This document shows, piece after piece, positions 26,250 through 36,115 of a stretch of 64,000 nucleotides of DNA. This DNA is from Bilabrum cf. latius. Its lineage: Eukaryota. The position numbers and the translations under genes are program-made. Numbering within the stretch: position 1 is the first letter of the stretch; the number at the start of each line of letters is the position of its first letter. The notes under the pieces were generated by a model. It was given only the letters and a program-made list of their open reading frames with translations, was not told the DNA's origin and searched no databases. The DNA lies in the NCBI GenBank assembly GCA_965178125.1, contig OZ237745.1:434001-498000 (forward strand). The letters run 5' to 3'.

Positions 26250-26640
26250 TCAGTTGCCGATAGGGGGCGGCGGCGGCTGCCTCGGATATCCGCCTCCCCC
26301 CACATGCCCGGGCGCGCTGTTGTTCATGATCATCAAGTGCTTCGAGATCAAAATCATGTCGTCCACGTAGCTGTTCCCCTCCCCGCCAATGCCGCTCATC
26401 TCTACCCCGTACACCTCCTGTACCCCGTCTGCCACCCCGTGCTCCACGCACACCTGCTGCGCATCCCAGGCCGTGTCATCCACCTGGTAGGCCCCGTAGT
26501 CCACGAGGCGTTGAGACCGCTGGCGTCGGTAGGCTCGACGGCGAGCAGGGAGTGCCCTGGCGCATCCACGGGTTCGTTCCGTTGTAAGCAATGTCACTGC
26601 TGTTGTCCAGCGCGTACCCGGCGCAGGTCCGCCATTCTTG
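26250..26640 (-). pseudogene. frameshifted 3' fragment of a paralog of the secreted protein at 47645-48739
   Basis: TCAGYALDNSSDIAYNGTNPWMRQG and DYGAYQVDDTAWD...CVEHGV...YVDDM...NNSAPGHVGGGGYPRQPPPPPI match TCDGYALK..YGGSNPWVRPG and GFGGYLVDDTA...CTEHGV...YDDM...SNNGPDSQGGGGDPIVTPPAPL, but lie in two different frames. Confidence 0.8.
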
Positions 26641-28845
26641 GCATTCCGAGTCCCAATTTCGCGTCCGACCTACTGACATACGTTGTACCCGAATCATTAC
26701 AGTACTATGAAAGTATCCATAGTAAATGATGAACGGAATAGCCCTCGTATGATTTCAGAGTCAAAAATTAAAATCTTCATACCCCACCAAGGGGGTGGTA
26801 ACCAAAGGATCGTCGGGGAGGGTGGTAACATTTTGGGGGGGTGGCACCCACCAGGGGTTACCACCCTTCGAAACCGTATATTCCCAAATCGACTAGGCCT
26901 ATAGCAGCCGTAGCACCCGGTAAAGAACAGATTTGAGTAGTGGAAATACACAATTCAGTTCTCAAATAGTTGCTCCAGGGAAAGTGGGTCACACTTAGGC
27001 GTCATGCTGCCCTGCGAAAGGCGGTCAAGCAGCCTGCTGCGCTCAGCCCGGGGCTTTGTGCAGCCTGGCAGCACCCTTCACCGGCACTGTAGGCGGCATC
27101 GCTACCTGGTGCCATAGGCACTGTAGCCGCCACTAGTCATAAACATATTAAGACGTATGCCTACTTTGTCTGCTAGGCTCCTACGCCTGAGGACGCCCAA
27201 CGACCCTGGGCGGCTGCCCCCCTCGGATGCCTGGGCAATGCCTGTGGCTTGGCTGCCACGCCTGACTATACTGAGGCCCTGATCCAAATTGGATTGCCTC
27301 CTCAAGTCACACGCCAGTTTCAAGAGTAAGTGCACTTAGTCCACTCCATAGCACTGGCGCCATGCCGTCGCTGTCCTTACCTGGCCAAGCCAGTTGTTCA
27401 TCGCCTCCTCCCTCCCTCGCGAGGAGAAGCTGAAATCTTGGATCTGTTGCCTAGCGCTCCACCGACTTCAACCAACAACCCCTTCAACATATCCTATTTA
27501 TTCTGCAATGAATGCGATGCCTACTTTACGCGCCCAAACTTGACCTCTCCGCTCGCCTCCGCCTCGTCCCGGCTGCCGATCTCGATCTTGCCTGTCATCG
27601 TACCTCATAATCGTAATCGACACCCATGCAGGTGGCTACTGTATCCAAATGTATACTCGGCATAGTCGCGTCCACACTTTTGCAGGATGCAGATGAGATC
27701 GAAGAACTTGGGAAATCTGGGCAGGAGCACACGACGACAAGTGTTGAGGATCTGAGATCACTCGTTGTACACAGCACCCTAATCGCGGAGGGCGGCCGGG
27801 AAAGCCAAAGGCCGAGGCACGACCGCGAGCAGCCGCCGCACCTTCAGCACCCGAAGAGCGCCGTCCACTTACCGGACCGGGACCTGGCCGCATCGCGGGC
27901 AACCTTGCACCTACCGCCGGTCTCGGGCCAAGACTAGCAGCAGGCACAGCAGATGGGCTGGCCTGCGGCGCTGGGGACGCCGCGGCGGCCGCCTGAGCCC
28001 CTGGTATTAAGGAGACAGAGTCTGATTCGTTGTTGACGTCAAATGAGATGATAAGCGTCCATGCGATGAGAATGGCTCTGCGAAGAAGGAGAACGCGGCA
28101 ACACCTTGTCCGTAGGTGGGAAGAGGAATTGTAGCGTTAGACATCGTAATCTGATTAACGGAAGAGGCAGGCCACGAAGAGTGGAGGTTGGCATTTCTCT
28201 AGTCAATCACCTCCATTCGGGGTGGAAGAGCTCAGGACTGACAGATCATCTTGAATTCTTTTCCCACCCGCCCGGGCCCGGAGAATTCGTTGTGTGTCTC
28301 CACTGGTGGACAAATCCACCGGTGGATTCAGGCACATGGCGACGGCTCTGTGTTCGATGCCTGCCAGAAGATACAGAATTGGACCGGCTCTTTGATGCCG
28401 CCCGACGTTCAGCACGCTCAGTACGCTGCTATGATGCCTTACTTGAATCCATAGTAGAGCAAGAGGTTAAGAAGGCGAAAACTGGCGAACGCTGCCCCTC
28501 AGCGCCCGAATAACACGCGGCTTGATTGCCGCTCGAGTCTAATTGTGACCTCTCAACTTCCACATCCGCATGTGGTCGGTGATCCGATCCCCCTGATCCG
28601 AGTCACTCGTCATACATGCCCAACCCACACCTGCCCGGCCTGTGCCTCCCCCTTCCTATCCGCCTCATCAACCCAATGACCCCACCGATCATCTTCTCCT
28701 CCACTATTTCCTCCCCCGTTCCGGGGAACCGTCGTCCCCCCCCTCCCTCTGCTCTACCCTCCCCAACCCCTCCATTCGCCCCCCCCACCCCCCACCCCAC
28801 CCCTGCACTTCCCCCCCCTAGCTGCTCTCTCTCTCTCTTTCTGCC

Positions 28846-28918
28846 TGCCCAGTGCGATTGCCTCTTGGGGTGGTCGTTGTAGTTGGGTAGTGTGTGCTTT
28901 GACTCAGACATATTATAT
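28846..28918 (+). mobile_element. extremely 5'-truncated non-LTR retrotransposon 3' end with a 16-bp flanking direct repeat
   Basis: 73 bp nearly identical to the 3' UTR at 29723-29794, flanked on both sides by tctctctctttctgcc (28830-28845 and 28919-28934). Confidence 0.7.
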
Positions 28919-28934
28919 TCTCTCTCTTTCTGCC

Positions 28935-29794
28935 AACTAGAGGTTCAAGAAGGGAGCACGCGAGGGGGACCGCACCGGACCTGCGAAGCCCGTGGGCTTG
29001 GACTACCAGGATGAGACTGCCTGGGTCAGGGGAGCATTCAGAAAGCACAGGGAGGTTCATCTGGAGGTGCCTCCGCACCGGAGGATGGCTGGTCGTATCC
29101 CCACGGGGGCGACGGGGAACCCAGTGAAGACGCTGAAATATCCCAAAACGGTGATCTTTCGGGATTTTGTGATCCAGCCTTCAGGCAGGATCGGAGATGG
29201 AGCCAGAGGGGTCCTCAAGCTGCTAGCACGCATCAGGCGTAAGCGGCTCGGGAAGAATGGGAGCAAGTCAGTGGATGCCCAGGTCAGGTTCTGGGCTCGG
29301 GATATCGCCAGGTTGGTCGCCATGCGGAACGCAGCTTTCACGAGCAAATTTAACCTTAACGCTTGTGAGCTGCTGAAGCAGAGGGAGGCAACCGGCGCAC
29401 AGGGAGCGGCCGCAGCAGGAGCTGGTGGTCAGGTGGGAGAGCTGGCAGCGGGAGTTGCGCAGCTAGGAGTGGCACTACAGCAGGCTGGTGGAGCTGGTGG
29501 TGCGTAGGGTTTGGATGCAGCTGAAGCGCCAGCTGTGCCCGCAGTACCTGCTGCAGCTGCAGTAGGAGCTGAGGGTGCAGCACCGGACGAGGCGGCTGAT
29601 CCGAACGCAATCGAACACGAAGGCATCGCGAATGCAGATGGACCGCAAGCAGCGCAACTCCCCCACGGAGGAGCGGCCCAGCTTGCGGAGCCCATGGCGT
29701 GAGCTTGCTGATCCGTTCGACCTGTCCAGTGCGATTGCCTCTTGGGGTGGTCGTTGTAGTTGGGTAGTGTGTGCTTTGACTCAGACATATTATA
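28935..29794 (+). mobile_element. 5'-truncated RLE-type non-LTR retrotransposon (C-terminal endonuclease region plus 3' UTR)
   Basis: Frame 28935-29702 (TAG at 28938 and 29505, ends TGA). IFRDFVIQPSGRIGDGARGVLKLLARIRR...SKSVDAQVRFWARDIA is homologous to the minus-strand element's IFRDFVVLHTGKLGTGAWKVLEELARIRR...SKSVDAQVRTWARRIT. Confidence 0.75.
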
Positions 29795-30102
29795 CTCACT
29801 CCTCCGCATCGCTACGTCGCATCTGAGCCTGCTCCTCGAGGGGGTCCTGCGCCCACCGAGCGACCTCAATCTCAGAGACCTTGCTGGCCTCACCAACAAA
29901 TCAAGCCCCCTTGGGGTCTAGTCTCGAGCCGGGGGGGGCTATGTCTACTTTGTTCCGTCTTTATCTCTGCCTTCATGTCTGTGCCAAATAACGGTAATAA
30001 AAAGGCATCCACTCCGCAACAGCGCAGTTCCCATGCCATGCACTCACAAACTGCGTACGTATGCCTCTGCACCGTCAAATCGGTCCTCCAACATCATCCG
30101 TA

Positions 30103-30201
30103 CCGTCAGTGGCCCGCTGGCCAGCTGCAAAGCCCCGCATGCTCATTCAACCGGGGCCGAATGCCGTCAGTGGCCCGCTGGCCAGCCGCAAAGCCCCGCA
30201 T
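30103..30201. repeat. two 38-bp direct repeats (30103-30140 and 30164-30201) downstream of the minus-strand retroelement ORF
   Basis: ccgtcagtggcccgctggccagc(t/c)gcaaagccccgcat occurs twice. Confidence 0.85.
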
Positions 30202-30281
30202 CCCCATCATCACCTTCGAGATCTCGCACCGGACCCTCGTCCAATACTTAATCTCTGTGGCACTCATCGAGACTCCCGAGT

Positions 30282-32741
30282 TCACTCAGGATGATCCAGA
30301 AGCACCTATACCCCGCCGTGGTGGGGTTGTGCTGCAGCTGGAGCTCCTGGATCCTCGGGCTCGATCTCTGGAGGAGGTGCTTCGCCAGGGTCAGCAGCTG
30401 CGACTGCTCCTTCCCGGGCTCCGCCCTGCAGGTTGAGTGCGACCGGCAATTCTCCCCGCTGCTGGTCGGCTTCAGCTTCGGTCTGCTCAACGACTGCTGC
30501 GAGTGCTGCGGCCTCTGCCGCCTCACCTGCCGCTGCCACTGCTGCTGCTTCCTGTTGCTGTTCCGCTCTCTCTGCGTCCTCCCTCATCTTCTCCTCCTCG
30601 GCAATGGCACGGCGCGTAGTAACCAGCTGAACATGTTTGTAATAGTCGTTCATGTGCTTCGCCCGTGTCGTTGCCAAACTCATCGTGATGCGCCTGGCCC
30701 ACGTCCTGACCTGTGCGTCCACGCTCTTGCTCTGCTCTGGCCCAACTCGCTCTCGCCTGATCCTCGCCAGTTCCTCCAATACCTTCCATGCGCCGGTACC
30801 AAGTTTTCCGGTGTGTAGAACGACAAAGTCCCGAAAAATGTACCTTCCCGGGTGTTTCAGGTGTTTGCGATACTGTTGGCCTGGTGCGTTGCCTCCTAGC
30901 GGCACCTGTCCTGCGATCAGCCTCGTCTGGTCCTTGGGTTGGTAGTACGTCTGCAGCTTCACCTACGCCCCTGCGTATAGTGCGCTCTCGTTCTGCCAGT
31001 CTGCCCCCGACCGCTTGCCTGGTCTCTTCGTTTTGTCGAAAATGCGGCGTGCATACTTACCCGTGTGTGCTTGTGCCACAAGCACGTCGACGACTACGTT
31101 GATGCCATCCTTCCTAGTGTAGATTGCGTCCGCGTACCTGCCTCTCTCCTTGAACAGCCCACGTGGTTTCATCGTTCTACGAAATCCTACGGCGGTGTTG
31201 ATAATGTTGCCGAGGATCCCTTCGATTTCCCCACTGCCTCGCGTGGCGAAGCCTTTCTGGAAAGTGTGCTGTTGTCCTGATCCGCACCGTGCCCAATGCA
31301 GTGGGTCGTGCAAATATCCCTCCTTGCCACACCTGGGCATCGGGCACGTGTGGTTCTTCTCCTTCTCGAGGTCGTGCTGCCCCTCTGTCGTCAGCTTGGT
31401 CCGCAGCTGAGCGATGGGGCGCGCTTTGACGTAGGGCACGTGCAGCCTGGCGCATACCTCCTGTTGGAAGACTGCCTCAGTGATGCCTCCGTGGCATTGC
31501 CTGATGGGTTCTGCTGTGTGTGCACTCCTGCGTGAGCGAATTGCTATCCTCACGTCCTACACCTGTTGTCGTTGTAGCCGCGTGTAGTCGAGGGGGGTCT
31601 CGCCCAGCAGTTTGCCTGCTTCGTGCTCCAGCATAAAACGTTCGCACTAGGCGTACGCTGCTGCAGCCCTGAGCAGGCTCTGATGGTTGCCTCCCATGAT
31701 GACGCGCTCTGGTCCTGCCTACTACAGCTTCAGATGCACCCAGTCTGACAGGTTCTTACTCTCCATGAGCCATGCTGGGGGTTTTGGTATCGCCTTCTTT
31801 GCTCGAGCGAGACGATCCGTCCCGGTGGACGGTCCCCGTTCTGCGGGTGGGAGTGGAGTCGGATCTCTGGGGATCTCGAGTGATTTGTCAGGCGGGGGCA
31901 TGATCACGTTTGCCAGCTTGGGTCCTGTCTGTGAGTCCCGAGCAGCTGCTTGGAACTTCTGTGTGTTCCATACTGTCTGCAGGAAAGTGGGAAACAAATC
32001 GGTATCGAGAGGCCGGAACGGCTGTACGTTCCATTCATGCTCGTTGGGTAGTTCCTTCTTGCCCCAAATTAGCCTCTTCATCTTGTCCAAGGTGTACTTG
32101 AGGGCCCAGTCTGCCACCTCCAGCAGGGGGGCACTGTGCAGGCCAAAGGAGGGAGCCCGCTGCTCAACCTCTCCATCTCTCGCCGGCTCGACCAGGGAGT
32201 CGAGAGAGTTCAGGTATGGTAGGTCATACTTCTTCCCCATGCTGAACAGACCCGCCACGACGTCCAGGCACATTCCTGAAAACATCGCGAGCCTGATCAG
32301 CAGTGGGGGTACCAGACCTATGTCCAGGCCACCTTGCGCCTGAGACGAATTTCTTGCCTGCTTGGCAATGGCGATTCTGAGCTAATCGTCCAGTTTCTCG
32401 AGCATTGTCGAGTTGAAATTGGAAGCGTAGTCGCCTATCACTTGGGACAAACGCTCCAACTTGGCAAACGTGCCGCTGCCCGCGAGGCCCAGCGTGGTCC
32501 CCGACCTGTGAAGGTGGTCCCACATGGGTTTCACGCAGTCTCGGAACGCTCGGAAAGCCTCGGAGGGTGGCAGCTGCACACAGAACATATTTTGTGGAAT
32601 CAACTCAAAAGCGCACGCTATCACGAAGAAACATCTGGAACGAGGGCCCGGGACCTACCACACTTCACGCTTCAGCTGCAATGGCCTAAACCACCTAAGC
32701 TCCACCCTGAGGACCCATTTCCCCCTGGGGAGCGTCAGCAT
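30282..32741 (-). mobile_element. RLE-type (CRE/R2-like) non-LTR retrotransposon ORF fragment: RT thumb, CCHC finger and restriction-like endonuclease; RT core not seen
   Basis: One frame of ~819 codons with 8 TAGs, ends TGA 30282. QGGLDIGL (thumb-like), CPMPRC...HWARC zinc finger, RGRYADAIY...VVVDV, FRDFVVLHTGKLG. Confidence 0.75.
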
Positions 32742-33008
32742 TCACGTTCCCTCCGGCGCCCGCTGCCGGCACCCCGTCCTGCTGCCCGTTCTGAGCCTAC
32801 CCTGCCTTGACTTGGCGATCGCCATGGCGAGGTTGTTGTTTTCGGCTGCCCCTACAGCCAGGCTGGCAAAGTCCTCCCGAACCGCCCTTGCGAGCGCCCG
32901 TTTGGCCTTCGCTGCAGCCCTCCTCGATCCCTTCGAGACAAAATCGAGGATCCTTGAGTGGTCCTGCATGACCCGTCATAGTGTGGTACACACGAAGAAC
33001 CAGAAATA

Positions 33009-33057
33009 CAGAAATACAGAAATACATTGTTGGGTAAAGATTCCATAAACACCCAGA
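33009..33057. repeat. 49-bp direct repeat, copy 1 (partner 34846-34894)
   Basis: cagaaatacagaaatacattgttgggtaaagattccataaacacccaga is exact at both sites and is built partly from cagaaata octamers. Confidence 0.9.
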
Positions 33058-33236
33058 TGCACCGTTGCCCCCGAGGGGGTTTGGGTGATCACCTAGATCC
33101 AGAGGAGCCCTAAAAACAAAGGACTACAAGACCCCCGGCCCTTTCAGGCCAAAGGCCCCCCGTTCTCAGCCAATGCCGCCGAGTTCCCATTCTTCGCCAT
33201 CAGTGTGGTCCCCCACAGGCCCCCAGCCTGTTGCCT

Positions 33237-34634
33237 TCACAAGGAGAAAGCATACAGGTGCGGAGCGTGTGCCCGGCACAAGGCGCGGTCCAGTCCCACA
33301 TCGGGGTCCCCGGTCGAGACCCACCATTTCCTCCTCCATGACCGTCTCTGCGTCTCACGATCCTTCAGAGAGGCGAGCATGCACGCGCTCATGCCTTTGG
33401 CCCATTGCCTCTCTATATCCTTTAGCAAGCCGTGGGGCTTGAACATCCGTCGCTGTAGTCGGGCGTTCGCATTGGTTGCCGCTATCAGCTCCTGCGTGGC
33501 CGTGGCGGCTAAGGCAGCCGCCGCATCACCACGCATCCACTGCCTGCATGTCAGTTGCTCCTGCTGGCGCAGCTGGTTTCGGAGCACCTGCACCACTTGG
33601 TTGGCCAGCACCTTGACAGCTGTACGTTCCGAGGACCGTGCAATCGTGCGCTCTATCCGAATGAGCGCGCCTTCGACGATGGGCTTGGCCCTGTTGGTGT
33701 GTTCCAGCTTCTCGTCCCAGGGATCCAGGGCGAGAGCTGTCTTCGCCCATGCCTTCCGAAGAGAGGCGGGCGACCTCCCTCTATTCTGATCCCCGGCATC
33801 AGGTTGCCACGGCTTCGTTTCGGCGTGACGCTCATGCTCAGCCCGCTCCATCTGCTCTACCGCGGTGCCCGATACCTGGAGGTTGGGCGTTCCCTGCTGT
33901 GGGTATTGTCCAGCTCGGATGCGCAGGATTCGTCTTCCTTGATGACCGTACTCCTGCATTGCCGCTGTAGTCACCATGGCTCCTGGTCCGAAAGCATTCC
34001 GTCCTTTCGTTGCAAATCGGTTAACCATCACCACTCCGCACGCGGCGCGCTCCCGGTCTTGGTCTGACAGTGCTGGATCGTGCGAGCATCCCAGGCTAAG
34101 GCTTGTGAATGCCCGTTCCGCAGCTCCGGACGTGGATCGCCTCCATTTCGTGACTCTTTTCGCAGTCTCTTGATATCCCAGCCAGTCCTTCGCGTCGTCA
34201 GAATGTAGAATCCGCCCAGGCATCTTGATTCTGTATCCCAGTGCCAGGGCGGCCCCGAGGGGGCCCGTCTGTAGCGGTGGTCCCTGCAGGTGTCGGCCCT
34301 GGTACATGTACCTGGCTGCTACGTCAAGGCCCTTTTTCAGGGGGCACTCGATCAGATCTAGCAGGCTCACTGCAACTCGTCCCGCTGCTGTTGCAGTGAG
34401 CAGCTCGGTGTTCATCGCAAGGCTTGGCACATATCGGCCTCCCATGGAGAATGGCCTTACCTGCGTCGATCCGCTGGCAATCATCCAGCGCATGTCCAGC
34501 AGGAATTTGTCCAGCATCCTGAGGACTTCTAGGTTTAGCTTCATCCCGTAGAAGATGCCAGTACCTTGTCCTACTCCTGACATCAGACTCTGTCTCCTTA
34601 ATACCATGACAAGCAGTCCCATCCTGTTGCGCAT
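33237..34634 (-). mobile_element. reverse-transcriptase-like ORF with a degenerate catalytic motif (465 aa)
   Basis: Order and spacing of SGVGQGTGIF..KLNL, GGRYVPSLA-MNTE-LLTA, LLDLIE..LKKGLDV and DWLGY follow non-LTR RT motifs 4-7, but YADD is absent. A YGAE thumb-like piece lies in another frame at 34598-34840. Confidence 0.45.
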
Positions 34635-34845
34635 GCCGCTGCCTCTGCTCCGTAGAATGCACTCGTGATCGCTCCTGCGTGCAGCAGCTGAGCGTGCAGA
34701 GAGACTGCCCAGTTTCCGTTAACCGCCGCTCGTGTGATGTCTCTAGCCGCCCGGTACGCCATAGCAAGCCTCCTGCGCACGTGCGGTACCATGTCGATCA
34801 CCCAGACGTCTCTAGCCTGCAGGAGCCCGACTGTCTCATCTGGAC

Positions 34846-34894
34846 CAGAAATACAGAAATACATTGTTGGGTAAAGATTCCATAAACACCCAGA
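34846..34894. repeat. 49-bp direct repeat, copy 2 (partner 33009-33057)
   Basis: Exact match to 33009-33057. Confidence 0.9.
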
Positions 34895-34964
34895 AATACC
34901 AGAATTGTAGGGTAAAGTATTCTGGTTGTGTGGTTTCTTTACCCAATTCTAGACATCTCTCAAT

Positions 34965-35826
34965 CAGACCTGTGCATGGGGGGGGGCCCGATGGCCCCAT
35001 CGGGCCCCCTCCCGATGGCCCAGATCCGGGGTCTCATCGGGCCCCCCCTGGATCTCACCCCACATTGCCCTAATCACAATTCTAAAGGCAGATTCGAACT
35101 ATTTAGTAAAAGTTATATGCAAATTATCGGTTTGTCATCGGTCGAAAGGCGTGGAAGCTTGGTCTAGTGATTTGTAACGCAACTCGAAAATCTGATATAG
35201 GCCAAGGCTCCGTGAGCCAGCCATTGTCCATCACCAGCACAGCGCCTCCATGTCAGGTGGGCTGCCCTGAAACGTTCCATCGAAACATCCACCTCTCTCT
35301 GCAAAGTCAAAAGACCTCGCATCACGATGCATGCAGATGCGAAGTCGAGCCTGCACTGCGTCTCGAACACTCGCAGCTCTGGACTCAAGCACGCACGGTG
35401 GACATCACCGACCAGCTTGGCAACGGAGAAGGTCACCGGTGCGCTCCACCTCGGCTGATGATAACCGTAGTGCCATGATATACCTGGCACAGTCCACGGC
35501 ACTATTCATCTCACTTAAGACCTTGCTGTCTACGCAGCTGACCTTGGTGCCGTCCGCACTCATGGTGGGCGACCCTGTAGCAGGACGGGTGTGCGGGTTG
35601 AGGCCTACAAATATGGGTTTCACAGGTTTCTAGTGCACCATTAGGATTAATAGCCTTATGGCAATGTCATGAGCCTACTTACGCTTCCCAATCCTCTCCA
35701 GATAGAAAGATATGGGCGGTTTTGTGTTTGGAGAGGGGGGCCCGATGGCCGATGGGGGGTGGCATCGGGCCCCCCACCTGGCCATGGGGGGGGCCCGATG
35801 CATCGGGCCCCCCATGCACAGGTCTG
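34965..35826. mobile_element. non-autonomous hAT-superfamily DNA transposon (862 bp, internally deleted)
   Basis: TIRs cagacctgtgcatggggg..gcccgatg / catcgggccccccatgcacaggtctg. 8-bp TSD ctctcaat at 34957-34964 and 35827-35834. Subterminal catcgggcccc repeats. Internal remnant ARYIMALRLSSAEVERT (minus strand, 35405-35623) resembles the hAT C-terminal dimerisation motif. Confidence 0.88.
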
Positions 35827-36115
35827 CTCTCAATCACATATTCCTTAGGCCTGGTCAGAACAATCCGTTCTGCACAGAACGGATAAGTCTGACTGTTGGT
35901 GTATATCAAATAGGTGATTGACAATGTATCGAAGCTACAGGATTCTGCGGTCCATCTCGTGGAAGCCTCTCGCATCACGGGGTTCGCTTTTCTTCCGCTG
36001 CACCGTTCCTGCGCGAACGTAGGGATGGTGCAGCGTTACTACTCGCGATGTACAATTATGTAGAAGTTTGCATGTGCCTTCGGCAAGCTTAGGCTTCGGA
36101 CAGGCTTACCGTTTC

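Larger units (their letters stand above)
22407..26776 (+). repeat. ~4.3-kb segmental direct repeat, copy 1 (partner 35828-39962)
   Basis: Near-identical from tctcaatca/tggtcagaacaatccgttctgc to gtatgatttcagagtcaaaaattaaaatct. Copy 1 has 26088-26440, which copy 2 lacks. Confidence 0.95.

Noticed and set aside
26900-28560. Short ORFs within the island
   Set aside because: No motifs or codon bias; probably degraded repeat sequence.
33009-33057. Spliced-leader RNA gene targeted by a CRE-like element
   Set aside because: No match to an SL sequence I recognise, no clear donor/Sm-site layout, and no transcript evidence.
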